NCBI GenBank assembly: GCA_964270895.1
Contig: OZ185436.1
Length of the DNA: 64,000 nucleotides
DNA from: Podarcis filfolensis
Taxonomy: Eukaryota
Reading direction: 5' to 3' (one strand)
Of this stretch, positions 40,209 to 51,816 are shown in pieces (position 1 is the first letter of the stretch; each line of letters starts with the position of its first letter). Below the pieces are notes generated by a model. The model worked only from the letters and a program-made list of their open reading frames with translations. It was not told the DNA's origin and did not search any database. Made by a program: the position numbers and the translations under genes.

Positions 40209-42032
40209 CTCTCCTTCCCTCCCTCACGTATGCTGCAAATTGAATTACTCTGCAAATTAGCTTGAGGGAAACCTCTTGCAGCCGAGGCAATTAACAAAAA
40301 GGCAGCTTTCCTTTCAGACCTGATTTGGAGAGAATGGAGCCTTTAAAAAGCCACCACTCACCCATTGTCCTGAGCTTGCCACCAGTCGTCCTTTTCCTAC
40401 CCAGTCTGCTTTTGACCCCTGACCCTGGGATGTCAGACAAAAACAAGGGAAGGGGCAAGGTTTCATTTGTGCTTTTTGCAGCTGGAGTCTTCAGAGGCTC
40501 TGTGATGCTCACAAGTGAAAGGAAGACCTTTCTGACGGCAAGAGCTGTTTGACGGTGGAACAGACTCCCACAAGGGGTGGTCAGGCTCTCCTTCCTTGGA
40601 GGTTTGCATTCACTGCCTTCAAATTGTACAGTTCTATGATTGTAATGTGGCTGTCGGATGAAAACATCTATGATGAAGAAGGCTTTACATATATAGCACT
40701 AGTTGGTGAGGCAGGAGGCAAGGTGGCCAACAGTAGGCCAGGGCCAAAGACAGGCAGAGCAAACTAATTCTAATTTTGCCCCATCTTCCTCTGTCTGGGT
40801 TCTAAGAGCAAGGAGGTTGCTGGCAGCCAGTGTCAACCATTATTTGTTTGCAAATAAGGGGGCAGGCAGGCAGGCCGGCCGTGGCTAAGCGTGGTGGGGC
40901 AGTGCCCCACTTGCCCTAATGGATCAGCCTTGGGATGACTGGGGAGCAGTCACACTCTGCGCAGTGTTAGAAACTCAGTTGCGCCAAATGGCACCTTAAA
41001 CTTAGGTTGCGGTTGTCTGTTTGCCAGGGGGTTCTGCTCTATATGACCCTTCTAATGCTACAGTTCTATGATTCTATGATCTCAACTACTTTGCTTGACT
41101 GTAGCTTGCTCTTACAACTGTTCATTTGTCGCAGTATGCAAGAAGGAGAAAGACACGCACAGGGGAAATGGAAATAGTATTAGCTGTGGACTAAGGCAGA
41201 AGTTTTTAAACTGTGATCTGAGTTCCATTTGGGTGACTTGTGGAAAGGCTGCAACGCAGTCAAATATATCTGCACTCAGCCCTGCACTGACTTTCCTTGA
41301 TGGGATGACGGAGGACTAAGATGCCCAGCAAAGGGTTCATGGTTCGCACAGGAAAACAAAATGCTTGTCTTTTGCTGCACACAAGTTAGCTGGCTTGATG
41401 GAGATGTCAATTGCCAACCTGGTGTCCAGAAATCTCCAAGTAGATTTCTGCAATTGGGCCTGCAATTGTGGGGGAATTAAACACCTGGGGCATTTGACCC
41501 TTTAATCACTTTGCTTTCCCCCCAAACTATCCAAGACACATGCTTTTAAAGCTAAAACAATGTATAACTTTTACTTAATGTACTTGCAACTTGCAAACTA
41601 AAATATGCAACGTAGGTAGGTGTTAACTTACATTGCTAATATATCTTACATATCTAAGATAAATACTTTTACAGACTACCTCTGAGACAGTCAGCAGCAC
41701 AACAGTTCAGCTGCTCTCACATGAAAGACTAACTGCCATAACTGTACCAACTGAAATAACTGCCTCTGGGCGTGTGACAGCACAGATTTCTATAGCCCTT
41801 GTGAGCATTAACCCATTTAATTAGCATTTTGGGTGCTTCCATCCCACAAATTGGACCCGTGGCAGTAGCAAAATGCACCTGGGGAGTTCCGAACATTGCT
41901 GCATGGGGAAACTGATTTGTTAGCTGTTAACCAAAGTTCCAAACTGGAATATGGTTGGGTTTGTTTTAGAATACCTGGCCAGTCAGCATCAGGCTCATGT
42001 AACTCTTGACGGGCCTCTTGTCTTTCCTGCAG

Positions 42033-43974
42033 CATTGCATGCGACGCAGCACCCTCATGCTCAGCCGGGCCACCCGTGTGGGCATCCGCACCCTTGAGGC
42101 TGTGCCAGCCCTTCAGCCGCCATGCCCTCCTGCTGCTCCTGCTCTTGTTCCCAGACCTGCCTGTGGCATCTCCCAACCTGAAGCCGTCCTTGCCTCCCAT
42201 TGTCAAAGAGAGCCCCTTTCTGGTGGCCTGGAATGCGCCCACTGCCCGGTGCTCGGCTGCCTATGGGGTGCCCCTCCGCTTGGACTCCTACAGCATCCTG
42301 GCAAATGCCCAGGAAGCCTTTGTGGGCGGCAACGTCACAATCTTCTACTACGACCAGCTGGGCTTGTATCCCTACTACTTGAACACAACGGTGCCGCCCA
42401 CTGCCGTCAACGGTGGCTGCCCTCAGAACGCCAGCCTGACAAGGCACTTGGAGCAGATGGAGAGCGACCTGACGGCAGCCATGCCCTCCAGCTCCTTTGC
42501 GGGCCTCTCTGTGATAGACTGGGAGAACTGGAGGCCCCAGTGGGTCCGGAACTGGGACAAGAAAAACGTCTATCGGAACATGTCTGTCCAGCTCGTCAGG
42601 CAAAAGAATCGCCATTTGTCGGACGCCCAGGCCGAAGTGCAGGCTAAGTGGGAATTTGAGACGGCCGCCCAGGAATTCATGTCTAAGACCCTGCAGCTGG
42701 CCCGCTCTCTCCGCCCCAAGGGCTGGTGGGGCTACTACCTCTTCCCAGAGTGCTACAACTACCACTATTTGGATAGCTTTGAGAACTTCACAGGGCACTG
42801 CCCTCCGCTGGAAGTGCAGCGCAACAACGAGCTGATCTGGCTCTGGGAGAACAGCAGAGCCCTCTACCCTTCCATCTACATGGAGGAGGCCCTGAGGACC
42901 TCTCCGCAAGGGAAGAAGTTTGTGTGGGCCAAAGTGGGGGAAGCCCTGAGAGTGGCGGAGCTGCCTTCTGTTCAACATTCCCTCCCTGTCTTTGTGTATG
43001 CCAGGCCGTTCTACACCTACACACTGAAGGAGTTGTCTCAGGTGAGATACTTGCCCTCTTCCCCACCCTTGCTCCTAAACTGCACAGTGTGTATGTGTGT
43101 GTGTGTGTGTGTGTCTCTGTGTGTAGTGTCCATGCTTTGAGGCCCAGTAGATTTACTGCTCAGCGATGTTGTGAACACATCTGAGTCTTAGTTAGAGCTC
43201 TTGATCAATGGTAGCCAGTGAAGGAAGGAGCCTTGTGGCAAAGAGGAATGGAAAAGAGATAAGGTGTTAGTTGATTTCTGAGTTTATCTCAGGACTGTGT
43301 GAGTTCCCACCAACTTCACTCCTGGCCATGGTGATGCAACCAAATAGAGGGTGAGAGGGCTATTGGGAGAGACCTTTGGATTAAAACACAATATTTATTG
43401 CAAAAATTTCAATACCCTCTTCATCTAGAGTGACTCCACGATGAATGGCATCCTTTTTTTAAATGTAACTATTACGAGGGGTTGGAAGAGATGACACTTC
43501 CAATACACACACACACACACACACACACACCACATTCTTCCTTCACAATGTGAACATCCCTTCTCAACATACACTATTAAATCTGATACACATGGCACTA
43601 ATGTTGAACATTTAATACCTGCACGCAGATTTCACACCACTTTACTGGCCATGCTTGCCGTGGTTTTCTTCCCCTCCAACTACGTTCCAATTAAGTGTGT
43701 CTGCGTGAGCAATTCTCAAATATTTTGGGCCCTGTGGCAGGAGTAGAGATCCATTAGGAATCTTGATTTTCTATGGTGGTGTAATACTCAGTCATAAAAA
43801 TGTTTAAAATGTGTGTGTGTGTGTGTGCTGTGTTGGGAAATGCCATTCCATCTCTCTTCAGGACTGGAAATTTTACTGTTTTACAGGATAACAAAAACTG
43901 CTTCTGTTGCACAGAAAGCAAAATGGATTAGGTTTATGGTTTGACAATAAACTTACTCCTACTCATGCTCCATG

Positions 43975-44022
<48 letters not shown>

Positions 44023-46432
44023 AGTCTTCCCTTACACTGTGCAGTGTCATTTGCATCAAGTGAGACTGATATTCCTGTCTAGCCATTTGAGCATCAGCAG
44101 TGGCCGTATTGGGCTATATACAATGGTGCCATTCTGCTCATGCAACAGGCTTCTGTTTGCTCAATCGAACTTCCTTCTCCTTTCCTCTGCAGCCCCCGTG
44201 CACAATCAAAATCCACCCAGAGGACCTTCCAGAGCATTTGGGGGGGGGGCACGTGCAGGGAGAGGATAGGATGTCCTATTGTGTTGAGCAGAGTCCCATT
44301 ATTGCAGCACTGGACACAATCCACAGTTTGGGTGTTTGTTCTTGACTATAGCAGGAATAGAGGATATCCAAACTGCGAGCGAATATCAGATTCCTGGTGG
44401 TCTTTGCTTTTAATTCAAAAGGAGAGGCGATCCAGAAGTTGCCAGCAACTTGCTTCTCCATGGGGGCAGTACCAAAGAGAAGGCAGCAGTGGAACATGGT
44501 GCCCTTGCTAAAGCTTTAGTGAATAGTTGGGAATTGCTACCAATACTCTTGGCCCTTCTTTCCCAGCCCTTGCTGCCTGTACTGACCACTTCTGAAAGAC
44601 ATGCATTAGAGGGCTTGATTTCATACAAGTAGTGTGTGAATTGCCTGTAAGTTTATCACCCTCATGGTTGAACAAAGAGAAATACTGGTAAATGTCTTGA
44701 AGCAGGGTGGCTAACCTGGACCTGGGCCCTCCAGATCTTATTGGATTACAACTCTCATTGTACTGACCACTGGCCATGCAGGCTGGAGTTGAAGTCCAAC
44801 AATATCTAGAAGGCTTTGTCCCAAAGCTTCAGAACGAGAAGTCAAACCCAGATTTGTAACTGTGTTTATTCAGTTGAGCATCATGATTTATAAACTCATG
44901 TAGAAGCTTCCTTTCTTTATAAGCCAACTGACTCAGATCTTTGTAAGTATGGGGGAAAGTTCTATGAGAAACGTTATACCAAATATATTCTGGTGCCCGA
45001 CATCCACCAGAAACGGCTTAGGTATTTACCGTAAACTTGCAAATTAATGTGTGCTGGTTTCTGTTGTTCTAGACAGACTTGGTGTACACCATTGGGCAGG
45101 CTGCAGCCATGGGGGCTCACGGCATTGTACTCTGGGGAGACGCAGAGTATTCTCGCAACCGGGTAATTTTAATAGTAGCCCTTGAGGCTGCTTTTCTTAC
45201 TCATTCTTTTATTTTATCTGTCTTGTTTATTTTTCTGCATCAGGTTGATGGGCAAAGGGAAGAAGCAGAAGTTCTACTTTGTAAACTGGTTCTTGGTATG
45301 AGCTTTCGTGTGCATGCACACTGCACACGAAAGCTCATACCAAGAACTAACTTAGTTGGTCTTTAAGGTGCTACTGGAAGGAAATTTTTTTTTTTGTTTT
45401 GACTATGGCAGACCAACACGGCTACCTATCTGTATTTGTAAACTGGCTACTTAAAAGACTAGCAGAGAGTACCATGGGGTATTTAAAATGTTCTAACTTC
45501 ACACACTGCTGCTTATTCTGAAATGTTGAGCTTGTCAGTCTTCTATATGCACATCTGCAGATGCAGAAATTCCTTGCATGTTAAAAAAAATAATGTCAGG
45601 GAGAAGGTTTCTAGACTAGTCTTTTCCTTGACATCCTAGCTCCTGACATGCAAGGGGTATTTAAAAAAACAACAACCCTTTTCCTACAGTCTGAAATGAT
45701 GCGCCCCTGATACAGATTTGCCACTGTCCTGAGAACTTTTGGCCTAGGCATTGGTATGCAGCCAGTGTTTGGGTGCTATATTTAAGTTACAGAATGAATT
45801 ACGAAACCTCTCCTGTCACAGACCCTCCCATGTTATGCTAAAGGAATAATTTTAAGGCAGAATCAATTCCACAGGACCCCAGCCTCAATTAGGACATTTT
45901 AAGCACTAGTCAAATAGGAATAAACAAGTCCCCAATACAATTAAATTCCAGTATTTTCTAATAGATTTATTTAGTTTTGCATCACAGACTTTCTGGCATT
46001 TGTAGCTATTAACTCTTGTAATAACTGTTTTCCTCACAGACCAATTGCTTAAAGATTCAGGACTACCTGAACAGCACCTTAGGCCCTTATATTGTCAACG
46101 TGACCATGGCGACCAAACTTTGCAGCCAGAAGATCTGCAACAGCCACGGCCGCTGCATTCGCCGATGGATGGACTCGGCCAGCTACTTGCACCTCAGCCC
46201 TGACACCTTCCAGATCCAAACAATAGCAGAGGGCAACCAAACCCGAGTGCTGGTGAGGGGGCAATTGAGACGTTGGCAGGAGGACAAAATGAGAGAAGAG
46301 TTTGTGTGTCACTGTTACCAGGGCTGGAATGGAGAGCGCTGCTCTGCCCGGGGGCGGGGCTTCTGGCTGCGGACAAGTGATTGGTTAATTCTTGGGGTGT
46401 TCCTGTCCACACTGTGGGGGTGTTGTTTGTGA
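42033..46432 (+). CDS. Hyaluronidase (glycoside hydrolase family 56), HYAL1/HYAL2-like, probably GPI-anchored; start codon probably in an upstream exon
   Basis: Exons 42033-43041 (acceptor tttcctgcag, donor cag|gtgaga), 45073-45162 (90 nt, the typical hyaluronidase middle exon) and 46040-46432 (stop TGA). Motifs: PFLVAWNAPT, TIFYYDQLGLYPYY, VIDWENWRPQW (catalytic D/E at 42517-42525), WGYYLFPECYNY, ALYPSIYM, GIVLWG, six-Cys HyalEGF-like domain, hydrophobic C-terminal tail. The ORF-track start at 42076 is GTG, not ATG. Orthology is not resolved, so no symbol is given. Confidence 0.93.
43975..44021. repeat. (AC)n microsatellite in a hyaluronidase intron
   Basis: Seen directly; further TG/AC arrays near 43088, 43505 and 43810. 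Confidence 0.95.
45289..45435. mobile_element. Penelope-like terminal fragment with inverted duplication
   Basis: gagctttcgtg...ggtctttaaggtgctac...aacacggctacc; includes a perfect 26-bp inverted repeat (45289-45314 / 45322-45347). Confidence 0.6.
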
Positions 46433-49400
46433 GCCATTTGGACCAGTTGTGATACATGTGGATTTTTTGTGTGAAGCCCACAGGGGTGAAGTGAATCCCA
46501 CGAGCCGCTGCATAGTGGTGAGAAGGGAAGACCAAGACACGCATGGTGTTTGGTGACAAAGGTGTTGTGAAGTGATCTGTGGCTCCCACTGATGTTCCTT
46601 CTCCTTGTTGTGTTCATCTGGAAAAGTGAGCACATATGGATTTTACCCTCCAACAACTTCCATGACCTATGCAGGATTCTATTCTTCCAACACACTGAAG
46701 ATTTTCTTTTAAAGTTTTGTAACTCTCTTCACCAGCATAGCTGCAGCTTTAATATTCAGCGGTGCATATTTTCCTAAACTGTGACAAGAACAGTAGTTTT
46801 CTAATTGTTTTTTTTTTAAAGCAAAAGTTAATTCAGTCAGGATCTGATATTTATAACAGTTAAATAATGGCACAGTCACCTTTAACAGCACTGTACTGTA
46901 TTTAAGCAGATTATTTATACAGAAGAAACATTTCCTACTTGAACCAGATAGGAGTCCTCCAAATGTGATTGGTACTGTTTAACTGATGTGTGTCTGTCTG
47001 TCTGTTTGTATATGTCAAGCTACCTCTCTTATTAAGCGGGGGCAAGATTAAAAAAACTTTTTAAATTAAATATTTTTCATGTGACACAGATTGACCTAGC
47101 ATTTCAATATTGTCACCTACTGAAAGCCATAACCACCGCTGTTCAAGATCAGTGGCTCTCAGACATCCCCCCTTACCACAAACCCATGGACCATGTAAAA
47201 ATTGGGTGCATGGAGGTTCTTGACAGACCGTAAGAGTAGTCTTTGTTTTCCAGCTGCAATGGATGTGCCTGTTTTTCTGAGCGAAGTTCTGTAGTCTCAG
47301 GTGTCATGTTTGTCAGCTGTAATCTCAGGTCAAAAGCCTTAATCTCAGTCGCCACAAAGAATAAATCAATTGCAGAGCCAAATACAGATACTCTAAACTG
47401 TTTGACAACCTGAATGGAGTTTGTGGAGCACCAGATGAGAAACTATGATCTAGACTGGGGTGGGCCACCTGCAGACCTAGCCTAATTCCAAAGGCCTTCT
47501 GCAAGAGAACCAGGTTAGACTCCTGGTAACAGCAATCTACTTCTCCAGCAGCCAGCTGAGCAGGGAGAAAGGGTGGAAGAAAAGAAGTGGTTCTTCTCCC
47601 CTGCTGGCCTCAGCCCTGCCCACAGCTGCCCTGCTTCCCTGAACAATTACCTGTAAGAGAATGCAGCCCTCAATAGCAAATGTTCCAGGGATCATGTAGT
47701 CCAGAAACATTTGCAGGGCCACAGCTCTCATGATCCATGATCATTCACCATGCTGGCTGGGGCTGATGAGACTTGTAGCTCATCAACATCTGCAGCACAG
47801 TTTTCAGGAGCTGCTGCCACCGCCATCGCATCTGTGCATGGTGTTGACTCAAATCTAGAGTCACAGGCACATAGCTCTAATGTTGCAGGAGAAGCACAGA
47901 CACAGCTCCCTTCAGCAGGTCCTCTCCTGGTTTTATCAATTCTCCCCCTGCCCAGGCCCAGCCATTTTTGTCTGTGCTATGCAGCAGGGATGGGAGCAGG
48001 AACAAAACAAAGGGTCATGAAAAGGAGGAGTGAGTGGAAGGTTCTTTGCTGCCACCACCTTATCCTTTGCTCCTGGGCTGCTGCTACAGATAGGAAAAGA
48101 GGCAGAGGGGGTGGGCAGTAAGATGCTCCCCCAAGCATCAGCTGCAAGATTGATCTAGATCAGATAGTGGAACCTTGTGGCCCTCCAGATGATTAAAAGC
48201 TGCAACTTAGATTTACACAATATTTAATCATCCATTTAAGCCATGATGGGAGAATAGTAACACATGAAAGATGGCCTGGGAAATGCTGAGATAGCAAGCA
48301 TTCATGTTCATCCCATCGCTAGTGCTTCTATTTATTTTATTTTTGGTTGGTTATATGCCATGTAATTTTCAGTATTCATTCAGACAACGTTGACGTGGTT
48401 CCTCCGCCTGCCTTAACAAGTCAAACTTTTCTGTCCTATGCTTATGAGATCAAAAAACAAAGGATTAGAGAGGAGATCCAATCCTAGCTTCCACTTTTAA
48501 CAGGCATGGGAAGGGGAGGGGCTTACCACACCTTTTGATCACAATTGCCAGGGAAAGTCAGGTGTTTATTTTCCAACACAAGGCCAAAAGGGTATGTTCA
48601 TTTCCTTGCTGGCACTGATATACAAACATCAAATGAATTATTCTTCCACTTCCTGGATTTTGCAAGAATACATTGGCAAAAGCTGGGAAAGTGGGGGGGG
48701 GGATGACCCATCACAAGGCTGGCATTCTAGGACATGATGGTGTGCGAGTGTAAAACCTGGTCAGAATACAGAAGTTGCGTTTATCCCTGCATTAGAAGAC
48801 CCCCCCCCCCTGCCCCTAGAGAGCATCTGTCCCCTGTAATTATGAAAAAATGGTTCCAGGGCCTTATAAACCAAGGATAACCAATTTATGTAATCTAAGG
48901 GGCAACATTATTTTCCACGAGATGGAATTAAAATTTGTTATGAGTCCAGGCTGTCTTGTGGATAAAGTCTTCAAGCAACTAGGACCCACAACCTACAAGA
49001 CCCAAAAAGACTGAGAATGGAAGGTTTTGCTAAATACCAATAGGATCAAGATGCAAACATCTGGTGTGTGTGTGTGTTGCTTAAAAAAAAACAAGGCAAC
49101 ATACCTGTGTCTTCAAAGTTTGAAGTCCATTCATTTGCAAAGCCACCTTACCTCCTTCCAGTGCTCCAGCTGAACTGATTGATATTCAGAGTTACCTTCA
49201 AAAGCAAGCTAAGCAGCACCAAAATCTACCCAGTAGGCAATGATTGCTACCTCCTTTTAAGCACCGAGAGACCCCAGGAGAGAGACTGAGAAAGGGTGGC
49301 AATCCCAAATGGAAAACAGAAGCTTCCATAGCTGTGTTGACAGGCAGGAATTCAGCATGTTTCGCATTCCCCATCCTTGGCAAAACCTATTTAATGTCTG

Positions 49401-50754
49401 GTTATCACACAGCTGCTGAAGGCATGGAGGCTCTCACGAAAAGAAGGTTACACCCCCAGTTATAGCCATAATACAACCAAGGCATGCAGCATCAATGAAA
49501 ACAAGAGTCTGAAGCAATGGGCAGGAAGACTTGACTGCGCACAAGCCAGCACTTGCTGTTTTGTGGAACTGGCAATCACATTCCTTTGGCTCTGGCCCTC
49601 CCACAGAGTTGCAGCGAAGTTAACGATTATACACTGCTGGTTAAGTTTAGAGCAATTAGGGTGATCTTACAAGCTGCCTACAGACAATATCTCCCTTTTT
49701 ATGAGGGGTCTGCATTCCTGCCTTTGCTCCGACTTGTCCCTTGCACATTCCAGAGACGCAAACTTGTATTCTTGTCGTCAAGCTGGCTACCACAAACGCT
49801 TAAGGAAAAGGCTTGACTAAATTAGTACAGTGACCTTTACCTAGAAACTGAACGCATGATTATTGGCTGGGGTTGATTCATAATTTACACACCTGCTTGC
49901 TACACACACACTGGGGTTTGCAAGGCTGAACACCAGAAGGGGTGATGGGGAGACGTCCATTTCCAAACACACAACTAGGCAAGTGGTTGGGAGTCCCAGC
50001 CTATTGGCACACAATCATGTCCTGTTCCCCCAACCGATGGGAGATGCACGCTGCTGCTTCACCATAGGAAATACCAGCAGTTACACATGGTTGAAGTGTA
50101 ATAGGTAAGCGGACATGTTAGCTTGAAAATTAATGCCCCTGAAGGTAAAGCACACTTCTTTTTTTACAAGAGTGAAAGACAAATTTTTTGCAGCCAATAC
50201 GAAAGACAACAAGAGTGCATTTTCCAATCTAGAAAACAGGCCACTATACCACACATAATAGTTTACAGGAAGATTAAGTAAGTAGGTAAAAGTGGGGGGA
50301 TATTGCATGAATTGAGCCCTCAAAGACCCATGGCCAAACTGGTGTGGTAAGAATGTGGGCCGAAAATAAGCTGGGTTGAGTTGCAGTCCTAGCAAAGCAG
50401 TTGGGGGGTAGCTTTGCTATGAGGAGACCTTGACCTCACCTGCCAGATACTTGCTATCATGTGCGGAACATGTGAACTTCTGTGCCTTCCTCCTAGTGTC
50501 CCCCTCACTCACCTCAATGTGCCAGAATGTCACATCAAGCTTATTAAAGAAACCCACATCCTATCACACCTATGATGAAGTAGACTGTGGTCTACAGGTG
50601 CCTAAAACTGTTAGCCACAAGCTGTTCTTAGTGCTGAGAATAAAGAGATTCAGAATGAAATGACTCTCATACAGGAACAAGAACAGGATCCATAACTGTG
50701 TCCCATTATGTGCATGGCAGCTCTGGCTTGATTCTGGGAACATGAACAGGATTA

Positions 50755-50910
50755 ATATTATGTATTTATTTATACCTCACTCCCCCCACCCCCCCCAAAT
50801 GGGACTCAGGGCAGCTTATAAATAAAAACAAGAATCACTAAAAATGGGGGGGGGGACTATCATTAAAAAACAATTAAACATTAATAGAATTAAAACTCGA
50901 TAGATTAGAT

Positions 50911-50952
<42 letters not shown>

Positions 50953-51135
50953 GATAGATAGATAGATAATTAGTTTAAACATATGAATAATCACAACAAA
51001 AAGAACACAACACCAGCCCTTTCATTAAAAGCAGTCAATTCTGCAAAACCCGTTGGAACAAGGTCTTCCATTTGCTAGTGGAAAGACCCACTAAGAGGGA
51101 GCCAGTCTACCTTCTCCAGAGTCTGGGAGCAGCCA
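50755..51135 (-). mobile_element. Degraded L2-like 3' fragment interrupted by (GATA)n
   Basis: tatttatttatacc head, gggcagctt, and a GATA array at about 50899-50968. Confidence 0.45.
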
Positions 51136-51810
51136 CCCAGATTACATGGGTGAATGCCTCTTTCTACTCACTTAGGAACTTACCCTACTTATTACAAAAT
51201 TCACAGCAAATAGAACTACTCATCCTCAAGATCTGAAGATCCTCAAGCAGGAATACTCACCAAAATGCCAAGTTTCAGCTACTATTAAGTACACTTGGGG
51301 TCAAGTGTGTACATTCTATTTCACAAGAATATTCTTCCTCCTCATGCTCTTGCAAAACACCTACTCTAACTTGGGCAAGTTGCTCTCAGCCTTAAGCGCA
51401 TGCTGATGATGAACAGCTTTTCTATGCAGTAAATCAAAGGGATATTTTGTGATTTTTCTGAGCAGCTGCAAAACAACAAAGAAACAGATCTCACATTTCT
51501 CCGCTTGCTGTACACTCTGCTGTGCTGGAACCAGCCAAGAAGGCAGAAGAACATCAGCAACATTCTCGAAACAAGTCAGTAAACTGAGCAGCAACAGAGT
51601 TTGGGAGATGGGCTGTTAGAAGCAAGTGGAGCACCATCTCCCTTTGGTGCACGGAAATAGCCACCGGAAGTACCACCTGTACCACCAGTGACTGAGTCTC
51701 TGCCAGGTTGCGGTCTTTGCATATTGAACTTTCAAGTAGCCAACACAGGGCAGGCAGCTGCCTCAACCTACTAAAGAAACACACAAAAACCAACTGTTTT
51801 AAAAATACTT

Positions 51811-51816
51811 TTTATT
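51811..51816 (-). terminator. Candidate distal TWF2 polyadenylation signal
   Basis: Minus-strand AATAAA with an upstream UGUA and a GU/U-rich element (ggtttttgtgtgtttcttt) about 20 nt downstream. A second minus-strand AATAAA is at 53300-53305. Confidence 0.4.

Noticed and set aside
42061-42978. 305-aa antisense ORF over the hyaluronidase exon
   Set aside because: Expected shadow frame of a GC3-rich coding exon; no independent motifs.
47173-47411. Minus-strand open frame bounded by splice-like sites, containing SYGLSRTSM (faintly like TLDLSRN of TLR9)
   Set aside because: No LRR periodicity in any frame, and ORFs of this length are common in the track.
47537-47731. Minus-strand ORF with TIR-like words (DYMIPG...VQGSR), a possible TLR9 remnant
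   Set aside because: The DYMIPG codons come from a hAT MITE core (gggatcatgtagtccagaaacat...gggccaca) seen elsewhere in the window; the spacing does not fit a TIR domain and no box 1 motif is present.
50516-51770. Minus-strand mini-exons (DVGFFNKLDVTFWHIE; LLRKITKYPFDLL...; W-rich GYLKVQYAK... frame) as an unknown gene
   Set aside because: No consistent phase chain or start codon, and the apparent acceptor near 51770 is better explained as the GU-rich element after a poly(A) signal.
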